Position numbers and translations under genes: made by a program. This document shows, in pieces, positions 24,349 to 32,000 of a stretch of DNA of 32,000 nt. This DNA comes from Longivirga aurantiaca. Its GTDB lineage: Bacteria > Actinomycetota > Actinomycetes > S36-B12 > CAIYMF01. The stretch's first letter is position 1; each line of letters starts with the position of its first letter. Below the pieces are notes generated by a model. It searched no databases and was not told the DNA's origin. It saw nothing but the letters and a program-made list of their open reading frames with translations. The stretch lies in contig NZ_JBHSTI010000058.1 of assembly GCF_042660085.1 (NCBI RefSeq), positions 1-32,000 of the forward strand, read 5' to 3'.

Positions 24349-24600
24349 AGCGGAGAAGTGACCGCGGACGTAGGGGTTCTGCGCGGCCTGGCGGCTCCCA
24401 GAGGCGGATCCGGCTGGACCGCGGACGTCCGTTCCAGAGGCCCGAATCGCTGCACGCTCTGGCAAAGCAACGTGTGGAAGGTGCGGCCCGCCCGTGTGGC
24501 TGCGAGGAGCGATGCAGGGGCTGCCCCTGGAGAGGTGACGTTGTCAGCGTCACGGCGTCACGGCGTCACGCCGCTCGGCGTCCAGCACGACCGCGGGTCG

Positions 24601-25566
24601 TCAGGCCGATTCGATCTCGGGGAACACCCAGCCGCCGTCGAGGACCTCGGGTCTGGGTCGGTAGAGGCGCACGGTGTAGTTCCAGCCGTCCATGATCCGC
24701 AGACAGTTGGGGCGCCCGTCGCCGCAGCCGCCGAAGTGCACGACGACGGAGCCGTCGTCCTCCACCTGCGCGGTGAACTGGTTCACGCTGCAGCCGCCTT
24801 CGTCGCTGGCCTCGAAGAAGCCGTCGGCGTTGTAGACGGAGAGGGACCAGAACGCGTCGACGGGCACGTCGCGGACCACGAGCCGGTACTCGCCGACGGG
24901 CAATCCGGGGTCGACGGTGAGGTAGTGGGCCTCGGTGTCGGGAAGGCCGCCCCACCCGATGGCTGTGCCGATGAGGTGCCGTACCGGGTCCACGTCGTCC
25001 TTGCGGCCGAACATGCCGGTCGCGCCGTCCACGGTCCGGCCCAGCGCGAGCAGTGCGGCCCGGACGCTGTCGAAGGAGGCCTGGTCGTAGCTCGGCATGG
25101 CGAGCGGCACACTGGACGCCGCGACCACGCTCAGCCCGTCCTGGACGGCGTTCGCGGAAGCCACGTCAGCGGCGTCGGCCGGGTCGGCCAGGACGCGCGC
25201 AACCAGGGTGACGTAGCGCGTGCCGTGGTCGGCCTGTTGGAGACGGTGCTGGCCGGCGTCGTGCAGCACCTGGTTGATGTAGTGGTCGGCGTTGACGACC
25301 GCGACGGACAGGTAGCGCCCGGAGCTGTCGGGGACGGTGACGGTGGCGCCGTCGGCGAGGTCGACGACGGCGAAGCTGTAGAGGGTGTCGCGGTTCATCC
25401 GGACGACGGTCTGCTGGTCCAGCGGCGTGGGGACCCGGACGTGGTGGAAGCGGTTGATGCCGCCACCGCCGGCCATCAGGTTGGTCATCATCCGGGCGGT
25501 CTCGGCCGCGACGAAGTTGTCGACGCTGACCTTGATCGCGGCGCCCGCTGGTGTGGTCACGACCAC
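24601..25566 (-). CDS. DUF1254/DUF1214 domain-containing protein
   Basis: 321 aa. The N-terminal half has the DUF1254-like [11 protein letters not shown] pattern. The C-terminal half is DUF1214-like (FWSLSVYN...[11 protein letters not shown]). The GTG start overlaps the upstream gene by 10 nt. Confidence 0.7.
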   Translation of the reverse strand: MVVTTPAGAAIKVSVDNFVAAETARMMTNLMAGGGGINRFHHVRVPTPLDQQTVVRMNRDTLYSFAVVDLADGATVTVPDSSGRYLSVAVVNADHYINQVLHDAGQHRLQQADHGTRYVTLVARVLADPADAADVASANAVQDGLSVVAASSVPLAMPSYDQASFDSVRAALLALGRTVDGATGMFGRKDDVDPVRHLIGTAIGWGGLPDTEAHYLTVDPGLPVGEYRLVVRDVPVDAFWSLSVYNADGFFEASDEGGCSVNQFTAQVEDDGSVVVHFGGCGDGRPNCLRIMDGWNYTVRLYRPRPEVLDGGWVFPEIESA

Positions 25567-26219
25567 GGGTCGAAGCTGCCGACGCCGTCGATGAGGCCCT
25601 GGTACATGTTCGCCAGGTCATCCGGAACGATGTTGGCGACCCCGTCGGTGGTGATCGCGAAGTCGCGGTCCAGCGTCACGGTGCGGTAGGTCCAGCCCTC
25701 CGGGAGGTCGAGGCGGTCTCCGAGCGTGGCCAGCCCGTCCACGGTGAGGTCGGGTGACTTGGCGTTGGTGTAGGTCTGCATCACCCAGGTGACGTCGTCG
25801 GGTGAGCGCAGCAGGTGGACCTGGCGCCCGGCATTGAACTCCCAGACGTTGGTGCGGTGGATCTGCTGGGGCTGGTACGCAAGGGACGACTGGTCCCGGG
25901 TCGGGTCGAAGCCGGCTGGCATGTGCATCTTGGCGAGCAGGTTGAAGTCGACGCCGCCGAGGGTGGCCGGCTCCCCGACGATGTCGATGGTCAGCGCGTC
26001 CATCAGCCAGAAGCGGCGCGGGTTCTTCCACACCAGGTCGCACCCGTACTCGACGCGCAGCTTGTCGACGTCGATCGCGGCGAACGCCTCGTCCGGGCAC
26101 GGGCCTCGCCCTGTGGTGTTGTACACAAGAGCGTCGTAGCCACCGTCAGCCTCGGTGAGCAGGAAGATCTCACCCTGCGGATAGTCGTGCAGGCCCTCGA
26201 CGCGGATTGTCTCAGTCAT
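25557..26219 (-). CDS. Hypothetical protein (no family recognised)
   Basis: 220 aa with high GC3 and no signal peptide. Translationally coupled to the DUF1254/DUF1214 gene. Confidence 0.6.
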   Translation of the reverse strand: MTETIRVEGLHDYPQGEIFLLTEADGGYDALVYNTTGRGPCPDEAFAAIDVDKLRVEYGCDLVWKNPRRFWLMDALTIDIVGEPATLGGVDFNLLAKMHMPAGFDPTRDQSSLAYQPQQIHRTNVWEFNAGRQVHLLRSPDDVTWVMQTYTNAKSPDLTVDGLATLGDRLDLPEGWTYRTVTLDRDFAITTDGVANIVPDDLANMYQGLIDGVGSFDPWS

Positions 26220-26413
26220 GCCTGAACGCTACGCCGCTCCGTGGAGGCGATGCGCGCTCACGTCACGATCCGAGCTCACCGCGATCTGCGCGTTGGGTGA
26301 CGTGAGGTGCGCGCCATTCCGACTGCTGCTGCGCAACGCGCCATGCGCAGTCGTAGTGTCCGTTCGGGACGTGCATCCCCGTCCGCAGCTGACCTGAGTG
26401 GAGGCGGTGAGCG

Positions 26414-28135
26414 ATGCCCGCGCGAAGCCCGCTGCTGCTCGCATCGCTGCGCGGCTACCGCCGGCCGTGGTTGACCGCGGACCTGCTGGCCGGGATGTCG
26501 GTGTGGGCCGTGCTCGTGCCCGAGTCGCTGGCCTACGCGACCATCGCGGGCGTACCCCCGGTCGTCGGCTTGTACGCCGCCGTGCCGGCGCTCGTGCTCT
26601 ACGCAGTGCTCGGGTCCTCCCGACACCTGGTCGTGGCGACCATGTCCGCCACCGCGGCCCTGTCCGCCAGTGTTGTCGCCGTCTATGCGCGCCCGGGCTC
26701 CGGGGACTACGTCGCGATCACGGCGATGCTGGCCATCGTCACGGGCGTGCTCGGCGTTGTCGCCGGGCTGTGCCGACTGGGGTTCCTCGCCACGTTCATC
26801 TCCGAGCCCGTGCTCCGGGGCTTCATCGTCGGTCTTGCGCTGACCATCATCGCCGGGCAGCTGCCCGCGCTGTTCGGAGTGCCCAAGGAGGCCGGCGACT
26901 TCTTCGAGCAGATGGCTGGCCTGCTAAGGCAGCTCGCCCACTCCAACGCCGCGACGCTCGGCGTCGGGCTCGTCAGCCTCGCAGTTGTGCTCGGCTGCCG
27001 GCTCTGGCTGCCACGGCTGCCCGGTTCGCTGATCGCGGTGCTGCTCGGCGTCGCCGCAGTGCCGCTGCTCGACCTCGTCGACCGCGGCGTGGCGATCGTC
27101 GGACCGATCCAGGCCGGTCTTCCCACCCTCGGAATCCCCAGCGGACACGGCCTGGCCGACTACCTCGGGCTGGTGTCGGCAGCCGCCGGCATCCTGCTCC
27201 TCGGCTTCGTCGAGGGCCTCGGACCCGCCAAGGCCTACGCCGCGCGGGAGGGCCTCGAGATCGACGCGAACCGCGAGCTGATCGGGGTGGGCGCGGCCAA
27301 CATCGGCGCCGGGATCACAGCGGGCATGGTCGTGAACGGCACACTGGCCAAGACCGCGGTCAACGTCAACGCCGGAGCCAAGAGCCAGGTCTCCGGACTC
27401 ACGGCCGCCTCGCTGACGATCATCACGCTGCTGTTCCTCACGGGCTTGTTCGAGAACCTGCCCGAGGCCACCCTCGCCGCCATCGTGATCGCCGCCGTCA
27501 TCGAGCTGGTGAACATCCCGGCGCTCGTCCGGCTCTACCGCGTCTGGACCGGGCATCTGGGCCGGATCTACGGCTGGGCCGCCCGCGCCGACTTCATCGC
27601 CGCCCTCGCCGCGCTGCTCGGCGTGCTCGTCTTCGACACGCTGCCGGGCCTGTTCATCGGCATCGTGGTCTCGATCCTGCTGCTGCTCTACCGCGCGTCA
27701 CGCCCGCAGGTGGCCACCCTTGCGAGCACCGCCACGACCGACGGCCGCGACCACATCTGGGTCGATGCCGCACGCCACCCCGACCTCCCCGTCCGCGACG
27801 ACGTCCTCGTCGTCCGCGTCGAGTCCGGGCTCTTCTTCGCCAATGCCGACAACGTCCGCACCGCCATCCGGGACCGCATCACGCCCACCACGACGGCTGT
27901 CGTCCTCGACGCCTCCACCACCCCGGCCATCGACGTGTCGGCCACCGAGATGCTCGCCCAGCTCGCCGGCGACCTGCGCCGCGACGGCATCGCACTGCTC
28001 ATCGCGCACGGGATCGGCCAGGTCCGCGACGTCCTGCGACGTGCTGGTGCCGAGCAGGACGTCCTTCAAGCCCTGTACGACACCGTCGACGAGGCCGTCG
28101 CCGCGGCACCCCCCGAGCGCGTCCCAGGCACGTAG
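26414..28135 (+). CDS. SulP family inorganic anion transporter with a C-terminal STAS domain
   Basis: 573 aa. The N-terminus DLLAGMSVWAVLVPESLAYATIAGVPPVVGLYAA is the SulP signature region. The C-terminal 130 aa are STAS-like. GGAGG 9 nt before the ATG. Confidence 0.9.
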   Translation: MPARSPLLLASLRGYRRPWLTADLLAGMSVWAVLVPESLAYATIAGVPPVVGLYAAVPALVLYAVLGSSRHLVVATMSATAALSASVVAVYARPGSGDYVAITAMLAIVTGVLGVVAGLCRLGFLATFISEPVLRGFIVGLALTIIAGQLPALFGVPKEAGDFFEQMAGLLRQLAHSNAATLGVGLVSLAVVLGCRLWLPRLPGSLIAVLLGVAAVPLLDLVDRGVAIVGPIQAGLPTLGIPSGHGLADYLGLVSAAAGILLLGFVEGLGPAKAYAAREGLEIDANRELIGVGAANIGAGITAGMVVNGTLAKTAVNVNAGAKSQVSGLTAASLTIITLLFLTGLFENLPEATLAAIVIAAVIELVNIPALVRLYRVWTGHLGRIYGWAARADFIAALAALLGVLVFDTLPGLFIGIVVSILLLLYRASRPQVATLASTATTDGRDHIWVDAARHPDLPVRDDVLVVRVESGLFFANADNVRTAIRDRITPTTTAVVLDASTTPAIDVSATEMLAQLAGDLRRDGIALLIAHGIGQVRDVLRRAGAEQDVLQALYDTVDEAVAAAPPERVPGT

Positions 28136-28400
28136 GACGACCGGGTGCCCGTCGACCGTCAGGTGCAGCGAGGCAGGGACTGTCTCCCGCCACGGTCGGC
28201 GGTCATGAGCTCGATGCTCGCAGGCTCGGACGACGGATCCGGGCCGTATCGCCAGCACCGAGCACGGAGACACTCGCGCGGGATTGCACCGGACGAGTGC
28301 GCGATCGGTGCCGTCGCCGCGGGTGAGGTTCGTGAGCCTTCCTGACGGAGGGCCCGCGACAACCGGACGTCCCCGACCCGGACGGGACGGGGCTTCGAGC

Positions 28401-28447
28401 GGAGCGGGTGACGGGAATCGAACCCGCACTGTCAGCTTGGGAAGCTG
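28401..28447 (-). other. 47-nt 3' fragment of tRNA-Gly(CCC), from the anticodon stem to the discriminator; an att core / junction of the integrated element, not a functional tRNA
   Basis: The minus strand reads CAGC-TTCCCAA-GCTG-ACAGT-GCGGG-TTCGATT-CCCGT-CACCCGC-T-CC. These are the anticodon arm (CCC), variable loop, T-arm and 3' acceptor strand. The 26 nt upstream (28448-28473) have no GCGGGTG acceptor strand or D-arm. Confidence 0.7.
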
Positions 28448-28504
28448 TAGGCAGGCTGGACTTGTAGGGTGCTGACCTGCAGTTATACACATCTGCGATC
28501 CTTG

Positions 28505-28524
28505 CGTGGGCTACACGTGGGCTA
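28505..28524 (+). repeat. Tandem 9-nt direct repeat CGTGGGCTA-ca-CGTGGGCTA between the att core and int; candidate integrase arm-type sites
   Basis: Read directly from the sequence, with an 11-bp period. Confidence 0.35.
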
Positions 28525-28569
28525 ACCTAAGGGCGAGTAGAGGTGCTCGTCAGACCCTGAGGGGGCGAG

Positions 28570-29775
28570 GTGGCGACAACGGCGGGGGCCGCCAAGCGGA
28601 AGAGATCGTCGGCCTTCGGGACGGTAGAGCAACTGCCGTCCGGGAGGTTCCGAGTCCGTTGGCAAGACGACAACGGACGTCGTGTCACCGCACCGCACAC
28701 CTTCGCGACCAAGTCGGACGCGCGGCGCTACCTCGCCACGGTGGAGGCCGATCGCATCCGCGGGACCCTCGGAGCCCGACGGCAGGTCAGCGAAAACTTG
28801 AGCACCTACGGGAGCGCCTGGATCGCACAGAGGCCGCAGATCAAAGACTCCACCCGCCACCAATACGACATCGACTTCCGGCTTCACATCGAGCCGTTGC
28901 TCGGCCAGCTTCGCCTCATCGAGATCGACGCGGAGGCTGTGCGCCGCTGGCACGCGGATGAGTCACTCAGGCTGCGGGAGGAACTGGCTGGATCGGGACG
29001 GTCCGGCGCGGCAACCGTCGCGCGTGCGTACCGGCTGCTCAGGTCCATCCTGCAGACGGCAGTCGACGACGAGATCCTCGGTCGAAACCCGTGCCGGATC
29101 TCAGGCGGCGGAGACGCCCGTTCGACGGAGCGGCCGGTCCTCTCCGCTGAGGAGATCGGGTGGTTGGCCGAAGCGGTGCCCGGGCGGTACCGAGCCTTCG
29201 TGCTCGTCGCTGGTTTCACCGGACTGCGCGCCGGCGAGATTGCGGCTTTGCGCATTGCCGACCTCAACCTGCGATCCGGCAAGGGGAGCGTCACGGTGAA
29301 TCGTCGCTTCTATCGCGTCGGAGGTGCCATCACCGTCGACACTCCCAAATCGCGGGTCGGTGCCCGCGTGGTTGCACTTCCGACCTTCGTCGCCACGGAG
29401 CTGCGTGCTCACCTCAATGCCTACAGGCCCAGCGCGGATGGTGCTGATCTGGTCTTTGTCACAGCCGGAGGCCGCGACGTCATCGACGGCTACTCCCAGG
29501 TGCTGCGCCGGGGCCTCAACCGAATCGGCCGCAGCGACGCGCGAGCGCACGACCTCCGTCATTCGGCGTTGACGTCCGCAGCCGAGCACGGGGCGACCCT
29601 GGCAACGCTGATGCAGATGGCCGGGCACTCGACGCCGGCGGCGGCGCAGCGGTACCAGCATGCGACGCTCGAGCACGCGCGTCGAGTGGCCGCGGCGATG
29701 GACAAATCGGCAGCGGGATTCGTCTCGCGTAGCGGGAGCAAGAGCAAGGCTTCAGGACCCGCCGACAGCACCTGA
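28570..29775 (+). CDS. int: Tyrosine-type site-specific integrase
   Basis: 401 aa. The N-terminal arm-binding/SAM-like region is FGTVEQLPSGRFRVRWQDDNGRR. The catalytic residue contexts are GLRAGEIAAL (Arg), AHDLRHSA (His-x-x-Arg) and GHSTPAAAQRYQH (His...Tyr). Confidence 0.9.
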   Translation: MATTAGAAKRKRSSAFGTVEQLPSGRFRVRWQDDNGRRVTAPHTFATKSDARRYLATVEADRIRGTLGARRQVSENLSTYGSAWIAQRPQIKDSTRHQYDIDFRLHIEPLLGQLRLIEIDAEAVRRWHADESLRLREELAGSGRSGAATVARAYRLLRSILQTAVDDEILGRNPCRISGGGDARSTERPVLSAEEIGWLAEAVPGRYRAFVLVAGFTGLRAGEIAALRIADLNLRSGKGSVTVNRRFYRVGGAITVDTPKSRVGARVVALPTFVATELRAHLNAYRPSADGADLVFVTAGGRDVIDGYSQVLRRGLNRIGRSDARAHDLRHSALTSAAEHGATLATLMQMAGHSTPAAAQRYQHATLEHARRVAAAMDKSAAGFVSRSGSKSKASGPADST

Positions 29776-29997
29776 TGGCTCGACAGTCCCCGCAGCGATG
29801 AAGGCGTCCAGATCTCTCCGGTCGATCCTGACGTACCTCCCGATCTTGTAGAACCGGATGCGACGCTCGGCGACGAGCCGTCGAACGAATCGCACCGGCG
29901 TGCCCAGTGCTAGCGCGGCTGTCTCGACGTCCAGAAGCGCGTCGGACGTCGTCGCATCACGCGCCCTGGTCTCCACGTTCGGCACGTCGCCTCCCAC
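29752..29997 (-). CDS. xis: Excisionase-family / MerR-like HTH DNA-binding protein
   Basis: LLDVETAALALGTPVRFVRRLVAERRIRFYKIGRYVRIDRRDLDAFI is the typical HTH_17 excisionase pattern. The start is uncertain: GTG at 29997, or GTG at 29985, which follows GGGAGG. The 3' end overlaps int convergently by 24 nt. Confidence 0.65.
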   Translation of the reverse strand: MGGDVPNVETRARDATTSDALLDVETAALALGTPVRFVRRLVAERRIRFYKIGRYVRIDRRDLDAFIAAGTVEPSGAVGGS

Positions 29998-30343
29998 TCA
30001 AGCGGTCTGCATCAAGATGCGCGGTCGAGTGACTCGAGCGGTGACCGACGTGTCCAGATAGCGAGCCTGGTCGACGAACTTACGGCGGTGCTTGCAGCGC
30101 GCGCCGAGGTTCCTAGCAATTCGGCGTTGCGCACGTGCACCCAGCTGCAGAGAACCGCGGTGGCCACCCACCCAACCTGCGGCCAATTCCCCGCAGGTGG
30201 GCGACGGGACCGACCGGCTGTGGCTCGACAGGAGCCCTCGCACATCTTCATGCGACGGCGTGTTGTCCCCAACCTCGTCCACCGCCGCTGGGTGCGCGCT
30301 CGCCGTAGGTGGACTCTTCCCGCTGGCCTAAAGGAGGCATCGC

Positions 30344-30727
30344 ATGACTGCACTGGATTCGTCGGCTCCAGTTCGGCTCTGGGGGGCTCTGGCGTCCAGC
30401 CTGACGGAGCTGTATCGCCGCACGTTGACCGCGTCGGCGATGCGGGACGACACCGAGGCCATCGTGGTGGCGATCGGCCTGCGGGAGGCGCTGGAACGCA
30501 TCGCCGACCTGACGGCGCCCGACCCAGGCTCGCCGCTTCCCGTGGCGACCTCCGGCGACTCGAGCCACGACGCGGGCAGGTGGGTGCGAGGCGGACGAGT
30601 GGCGATCACGGAGCTGCTCGCTGTCCCCGTCGTGCATGACGTCGCGCCGACGGACCTGCTTTTGCTGGCCCGGGTGGCGCACCTGCTAGGGCGGGCGGAG
30701 GACGTCCTGGCCGAGGCCGCGGCGTGA
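30344..30727 (+). CDS. Hypothetical protein (element cargo)
   Basis: 127 aa. Strong RBS AAAGGAGG 6 nt before the ATG. The stop overlaps the next start (GTGA). Confidence 0.55.
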   Translation: MTALDSSAPVRLWGALASSLTELYRRTLTASAMRDDTEAIVVAIGLREALERIADLTAPDPGSPLPVATSGDSSHDAGRWVRGGRVAITELLAVPVVHDVAPTDLLLLARVAHLLGRAEDVLAEAAA

Positions 30728-32000
30728 CAACCCCAGCTTCAGCGGGTGCCACCTACGGGGAGCTCATGCACGCTGCGACCCGGCATGTCGCGTGGGCGGC
30801 GATGACCGTGAGCACCGAACGCTTCTCCGACCGTGCCGCAGCGTTCAGCGCCCTCGACGCTCATCGCGCGGTGCTGGTGGCCGCGGGCGGGCATCTGCTG
30901 TTCCTGGCTGGCGGGCTGCACCGTGGCGAAGGGCTGGTGTCGGCGCCGGACCAGTCGGACCGGCCTGCGTTGGCGCTGGCCCGGGCACTGCAATCGCTGC
31001 AGGCCCGCGACGTGGCCGACCGAGATCAGGGCCGTGGCGGGCCGGCGCAGTCCTGGGTCGCTGCCGTGAAGGCATTGGGCGCGGCCCGGGACCTGGTCGC
31101 CACACACCGGGATGCCCGGGGCGCGGACCGCACCCCGGACGCTGGCGTCTTGGACGACGGCGCCGAACGCGCAGCCGGGTACCTGCTGGTCGCCGACCTC
31201 GTCGACACGGTCGCCGCTGCAGACCGTGACCTGGCGCTGCGCGCCGCCCAGGCCGGCATCGCATGGTCGAAGGTCGAACGCGCGATGCCCGGCCTGACCC
31301 GGGTGAGTGAGGCAGTGCGGGTGCTGCGCATGCAGGCCGCCTACCCCGCCTCGGGCGCTGCTCGCCTCGCCCGCCTCCCCTTGGCCCGGCCGGGCGTCAC
31401 CTCGCCCACGCCAGCCGGTGCGCTGCTGCAACGCACCGACCGGCTGCGTCTCGGGGCCTGGACGCTGGCGCGGCATCCGCGGCGCGCCAACGCTGCGGAC
31501 CTGGTCGAGTACGCCGCAGCAGCGGCCATCCTGCACACCCACCTCGCTGCGCACGCTTCCGCCCTGGAGGATCCCGCCCTGGCCGGGGCGTGGTCGCAGC
31601 AGCGCACGGCTTGGGTCGACCAGCACCGACTGCTCGCCAGGTTCACCAGCGGCACCCCCGCGACCCTGGGCTTGCGGGCCGACGTCGCGGCGCTGCCCGC
31701 CTCCGCGGCGATCGCCCTTCCTCTGACTCGTGACGCCGCCGGGATTCGCGCCTTCGGCGCGGCGCAGCTCAGCCCCGCGCTGATGCTGGAGCTATCCGCA
31801 GCCTGCACCGATCTCGCGGTCACGAACCAGACGACGCTGCGCGCCCTGCTCGATCGGGACGCTCTGTTCATTGATGCCCGCTACCTGACCGGCGACCAGG
31901 TCACCGACCACACCGACCTGATCGAGGCCAAGATGGCCGGGCGGTACGTCCCCGCCGCTGCAAGCGACTTGGCGCCCGCCCTCGCCGGCTACACATCGCT
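30724..32000 (+). CDS. Hypothetical Ala/Leu-rich protein, 3' end outside the window (not in the supplied ORF track)
   Basis: I translated this frame by hand. GTG 30724 is the first start codon after the in-frame TGA at 30637-30639. The frame then runs 425 codons to the window end without a stop (VTTPASAGATYGELMHAATRHVAWAAMTVSTERFSDRAAAF...). It is coupled to the upstream ORF by the GTGA overlap. Confidence 0.55.
   Translation, partial: MTTPASAGATYGELMHAATRHVAWAAMTVSTERFSDRAAAFSALDAHRAVLVAAGGHLLFLAGGLHRGEGLVSAPDQSDRPALALARALQSLQARDVADRDQGRGGPAQSWVAAVKALGAARDLVATHRDARGADRTPDAGVLDDGAERAAGYLLVADLVDTVAAADRDLALRAAQAGIAWSKVERAMPGLTRVSEAVRVLRMQAAYPASGAARLARLPLARPGVTSPTPAGALLQRTDRLRLGAWTLARHPRRANAADLVEYAAAAAILHTHLAAHASALEDPALAGAWSQQRTAWVDQHRLLARFTSGTPATLGLRADVAALPASAAIALPLTRDAAGIRAFGAAQLSPALMLELSAACTDLAVTNQTTLRALLDRDALFIDARYLTGDQVTDHTDLIEAKMAGRYVPAAASDLAPALAGYTS

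Larger units (their letters stand above)
28401..32000. mobile_element. Left end of a tRNA-Gly-targeting integrative element or prophage (att fragment, int, xis-like gene, unknown cargo); continues beyond the window
   Basis: The tRNA 3' fragment lies 123 bp from a tyrosine integrase gene. An excisionase-type HTH follows. GC content and GC3 are visibly lower across about 28.45-30.4 kb than in the flanking chromosome. Confidence 0.7.

Noticed and set aside
28136-28400. Possible small genes, or the missing 3' part of glsA, between the SulP gene and the tRNA fragment.
   Set aside because: I translated the three plus-strand frames and inspected the listed minus-strand ORFs covering this stretch. 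None shows glutaminase-like or other recognisable sequence, and there is no RBS-supported start.
24341-28404. A 15-nt direct repeat GGGCTTCGAGCGGAG at 24341-24355 and 28390-28404, considered as possible att sites flanking a 4-kb island.
   Set aside because: Only 4 nt of the right-hand copy overlap the tRNA-derived segment. The left-hand copy is simply the right arm of a terminator hairpin. One chance 15-mer match in a 32-kb GC-biased window is not improbable.
28401-28473. A complete 72-73-nt tRNA-Gly gene on the minus strand.
   Set aside because: The length would fit. However, the putative 5' strand (GCACCCT) cannot pair with the 3' acceptor strand (CACCCGC), and no D-arm can be formed. Only the anticodon arm to the 3' end is tRNA-like.
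29998-30343. ORFs 29998..30282 (-), 30012..30353 (-) and the 5' part of 30088..30639 (+) as element genes.
   Set aside because: They have no RBS and no recognisable motif, they overlap one another, and their translations are compositionally odd. The region is more plausibly the divergent regulatory spacer between the xis-like gene and the RBS-bearing ORF at 30344.
1-32000. CRISPR arrays, rRNA genes, and insertion sequences with terminal inverted repeats.
   Set aside because: No regularly spaced direct repeats of 24-40 bp, no rRNA-like conserved segments and no transposase-like ORFs were seen. The only mobile-element signature is the int/xis/att module at 28.4 kb.

Overview
High-GC (about 70%+) actinobacterial chromosomal DNA, mostly dense, recognisable coding sequence. 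From left to right:

- **1-2.5 kb:** a 5'-truncated SAM methyltransferase, then a MarR/DoxX divergent pair.
- **2.5-10.7 kb:** an amine/aromatic catabolic cluster. It combines gamma-glutamylation enzymes (GS-like ligase, class I GATase-like protein, PuuD-like hydrolase) and a Cys-rich MarR with homoprotocatechuate meta-cleavage genes (hpaE/hpaD/hpaG-like) and an F420/LLM oxidoreductase.
- **10.8-15.1 kb:** PEP carboxylase (ppc) and an APC permease.
- **15.3-19.8 kb:** a small wHTH regulator divergent from a single 1377-codon gene. That gene fuses a NuoL-like DabB module to a DUF2309/DabA carbonic-anhydrase-like module.
- **20-22 kb:** a LuxR-type response regulator and histidine kinase pair.
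- **22.3-28.1 kb:** a probable glutaminase 5' remnant, a secreted S8 protease, a hypothetical plus DUF1254/DUF1214 operon, and a SulP anion transporter.
- **28.4 kb to the window end:** the left junction of an integrated element. It consists of a 47-nt tRNA-Gly(CCC) 3' fragment, a tyrosine integrase, an excisionase-like HTH and unknown cargo. The cargo includes an open frame that runs off the window and is missing from the ORF track.

The most notable observations:

1. The one-polypeptide DabB-DabA fusion, with a palindrome-controlled and apparently leaderless promoter.
2. A 17-bp palindromic motif (yGTTCGG-NN-sCGAACGA) found six times, only in non-coding DNA. It links the gamma-glutamyl/hpa cluster to the distant APC permease.
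3. The unusual pairing of gamma-glutamylation genes with homoprotocatechuate meta-cleavage genes.

Many long ORFs in the track are high-GC antisense artefacts. No rRNA, intact tRNA or CRISPR array was seen.
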